A DNA stretch of 64,000 bases. It comes from an uncultured Gemmatimonadales bacterium (lineage in GTDB: Bacteria; Gemmatimonadota; Gemmatimonadetes; Gemmatimonadales; GWC2-71-9). The first letter of the stretch is position 1, and each line of letters opens with the position of its first letter. Positions 62,502-64,000 of this stretch are shown here, in pieces. A program made the position numbers and the translations under genes. Location: NCBI GenBank assembly GCA_963740175.1, contig CAVUDL010000006.1, positions 31,067 through 95,066 on the forward strand. Reading direction: 5' to 3'. The notes beneath the pieces were generated by a model. It saw nothing but the letters and a program-made list of their open reading frames with translations. It was not told the origin of the DNA and did no database searches.

Positions 62502-62538
62502 GCGCCGCGGACCACACAGTCCGCGGCGCTTTTCTTTT
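62502..62538 (+). terminator. Rho-independent terminator (attenuator) 28 nt upstream of the leuA start
   Basis: Perfect 11-bp stem GCGCCGCGGAC (62502-62512) / GTCCGCGGCGC (62519-62529) with loop CACACA, followed by TTTTCTTTT (62530-62538). Confidence 0.8.
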
Positions 62539-62565
62539 GTCCCCTTCGAGGCCTGAAAGCGACGT

Positions 62566-64000
62566 ATGGCAATTCCGGAAGTCCTGATCTTCGACACCAC
62601 GCTGCGTGACGGTGAACAAGCGCCCGGCAACAGCCTCTCACCGGAGGAGAAGCTCCGCCTGGCGCGCCAGATCGACGCACTTGGGGTCGACATCATCGAG
62701 GCCGGCTTTCCGGCCGCATCCGAGGGCGACTACCGGAGCGTGCGCGAGATCGCGGTGGAGATCCGGAGCCCGGTTGTGGCGGCACTGGCTCGCTGCCTGG
62801 ATCGGGATATCGAGCTTGCAGGCGAGGCGTTGAGCGAGGCCGAACGGGCCCGGCTGCACGTGTTCGTCTCCACCTCGGACCTGCATATACGGGAGAAGCT
62901 GCGCAGCACCCGGGAGGGGGTGCTGGAGCTGACCCGGCGCGCGGTCCGCCTCGCACGGGCGTACACCGACGACGTTGAATTCTCGGCCGAGGACGCCAGC
63001 CGCACCGATGCCGACTTCCTCTGTCGCGTGGTCGAAGCCGCCATCCAGGAGGGGGCGACCACGATCAATCTGCCCGACACTGTGGGCTACGCCATGCCCG
63101 ACGAGTACGCCGCAATGTTTCGCGACATCCGGGCCCGGGTACCCGGCAGTGACTCGGTGGTGCTGAGCGCCCACTGCCATGACGATCTGGGCCTGGCGAC
63201 AGCCAACACGCTCGCGGCGATTGCTGCCGGCGCAGCCCAGGTCGAATGCACCATCAACGGCATCGGCGAGCGGGCCGGGAACGCGGCATTGGAGGAGATC
63301 GTCATGGCGAGCCGGGTACGGGGAGCCGCCGTCGCGTTCCATTGTGGTGTGGACTCGCGCGAGATCTACCGTACCAGTCAGCTGCTGTCCTACCTGACCG
63401 GAGCGTTCCCCCAGCCGAACAAGGCCATCGTGGGCCGGAATGCGTTCGCGCACGAAGCCGGGATCCACCAGCACGGCATGCTGCAGAACGGCCTCACCTA
63501 CGAGATCATCCGCCCCGATATGGTGGGGATACCCCGCTCTACTCTCGTCCTGGGAAAGCACTCGGGCCGGCATGCGCTGGAACGCCGCTGCCAGGAGCTG
63601 GGTTATGCGCTGAGTGAAGACGAGCTGGAGGCTATGTACCAGCGGTTTACGGCGCTGGCGGACCGCAAGCGCGAGATTCTGGACGAGGATCTCCTCGCCT
63701 TGCTGCACGAGAGCTTCCATGATGCGCCCGAGGAGTACCAGCTCAGTCACCTTCGCGTCGTCTGCGGCAGTGTCACCGCTACGGCAGAGGTCAGGATGAC
63801 GGGCCCGTGGACCGGAGAGCGGTCGGCTCGCGGAACTGGGGACGGACCGATTGCTGCGGCCTTCGTCGCCGTCAGCGAGATCCTCGACCGCCAGGTGGAG
63901 GTACTCAGCCTCTCGCTGCGATCAGTCACCCCCGGGCGGGACAGCGTGGGCCAGGTGTTTCTCCAGGCCAAGATCGACGGCAAATCGCTGACCGGCCACA
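62566..64000 (+). CDS. leuA: 2-isopropylmalate synthase, 3'-truncated by the window end
   Basis: My own translation from ATG 62566: [52 protein letters not shown]...[45 protein letters not shown]...[11 protein letters not shown]. It is open to position 64000. It is absent from the ORF track, presumably because it has no stop in the window. Confidence 0.9.
   Translation, partial: MAIPEVLIFDTTLRDGEQAPGNSLSPEEKLRLARQIDALGVDIIEAGFPAASEGDYRSVREIAVEIRSPVVAALARCLDRDIELAGEALSEAERARLHVFVSTSDLHIREKLRSTREGVLELTRRAVRLARAYTDDVEFSAEDASRTDADFLCRVVEAAIQEGATTINLPDTVGYAMPDEYAAMFRDIRARVPGSDSVVLSAHCHDDLGLATANTLAAIAAGAAQVECTINGIGERAGNAALEEIVMASRVRGAAVAFHCGVDSREIYRTSQLLSYLTGAFPQPNKAIVGRNAFAHEAGIHQHGMLQNGLTYEIIRPDMVGIPRSTLVLGKHSGRHALERRCQELGYALSEDELEAMYQRFTALADRKREILDEDLLALLHESFHDAPEEYQLSHLRVVCGSVTATAEVRMTGPWTGERSARGTGDGPIAAAFVAVSEILDRQVEVLSLSLRSVTPGRDSVGQVFLQAKIDGKSLTGH

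Noticed and set aside
62638-63750. 370-aa minus-strand ORF at the right end of the window
   Set aside because: It is antisense to leuA, whose + strand translation carries all hallmark motifs. The minus-strand product has no recognisable features.

Overview
GC-rich bacterial chromosomal segment (roughly two-thirds G+C by eye, not computed) with about 60 protein genes, nearly all housekeeping or metabolic. They include: ettA, a SWIB-domain protein, thrA-thrB-thrC, a TIGR03546/TIGR03545-like pair, pntAA-pntAB-pntB and an RpoD-family alternative sigma factor; a large PIG-L deacetylase fusion, an iron-type ABC importer, an MFS transporter and a DUF2339 protein; pepF, infA, cspA, a GAF-GGDEF / CGNR zinc-finger / tandem pseudokinase-kinase operon and an UshA-like nucleotidase; queE-queC and queF, an S2P-CBS protease, speA, gltA, an M28 peptidase, TetR plus acyl-CoA dehydrogenase, deaD and gltB. 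A 3'-truncated leuA runs off the window end and is missing from the supplied ORF track. Repertoire and composition would fit a soil Gemmatimonadota- or Acidobacteriota-like organism, but that is a guess. I found no rRNA, tRNA, CRISPR, transposase, integrase, phage or recognisable defence genes, and no obvious novel multi-gene system. The unusual content is structural. (1) At least 12 gene boundaries carry inverted arrays of 7-9 nt tandem repeats from five unit families, usually starting at a stop codon; the same units sit in frame inside gltB, an acyl-CoA dehydrogenase and a DUF2339 gene. (2) A second family of long palindromic elements is built on a TCATCCYGAGCGAAGCGARGGATC-like core. (3) A Leu/Val-rich 29-codon leader ORF with a perfect terminator and a candidate antiterminator lies upstream of leuA. 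(4) Apparent frameshifts are very unevenly distributed: about 30 breaks in 12 genes within 1-27 kb and almost none in 27-64 kb, mostly at short homopolymers, so assembly error is the leading explanation. (5) A head-to-head pair of 5'-truncated gene remnants marks a deletion scar near 51.9 kb. All family assignments come from reading the translations from memory; no searches were run.
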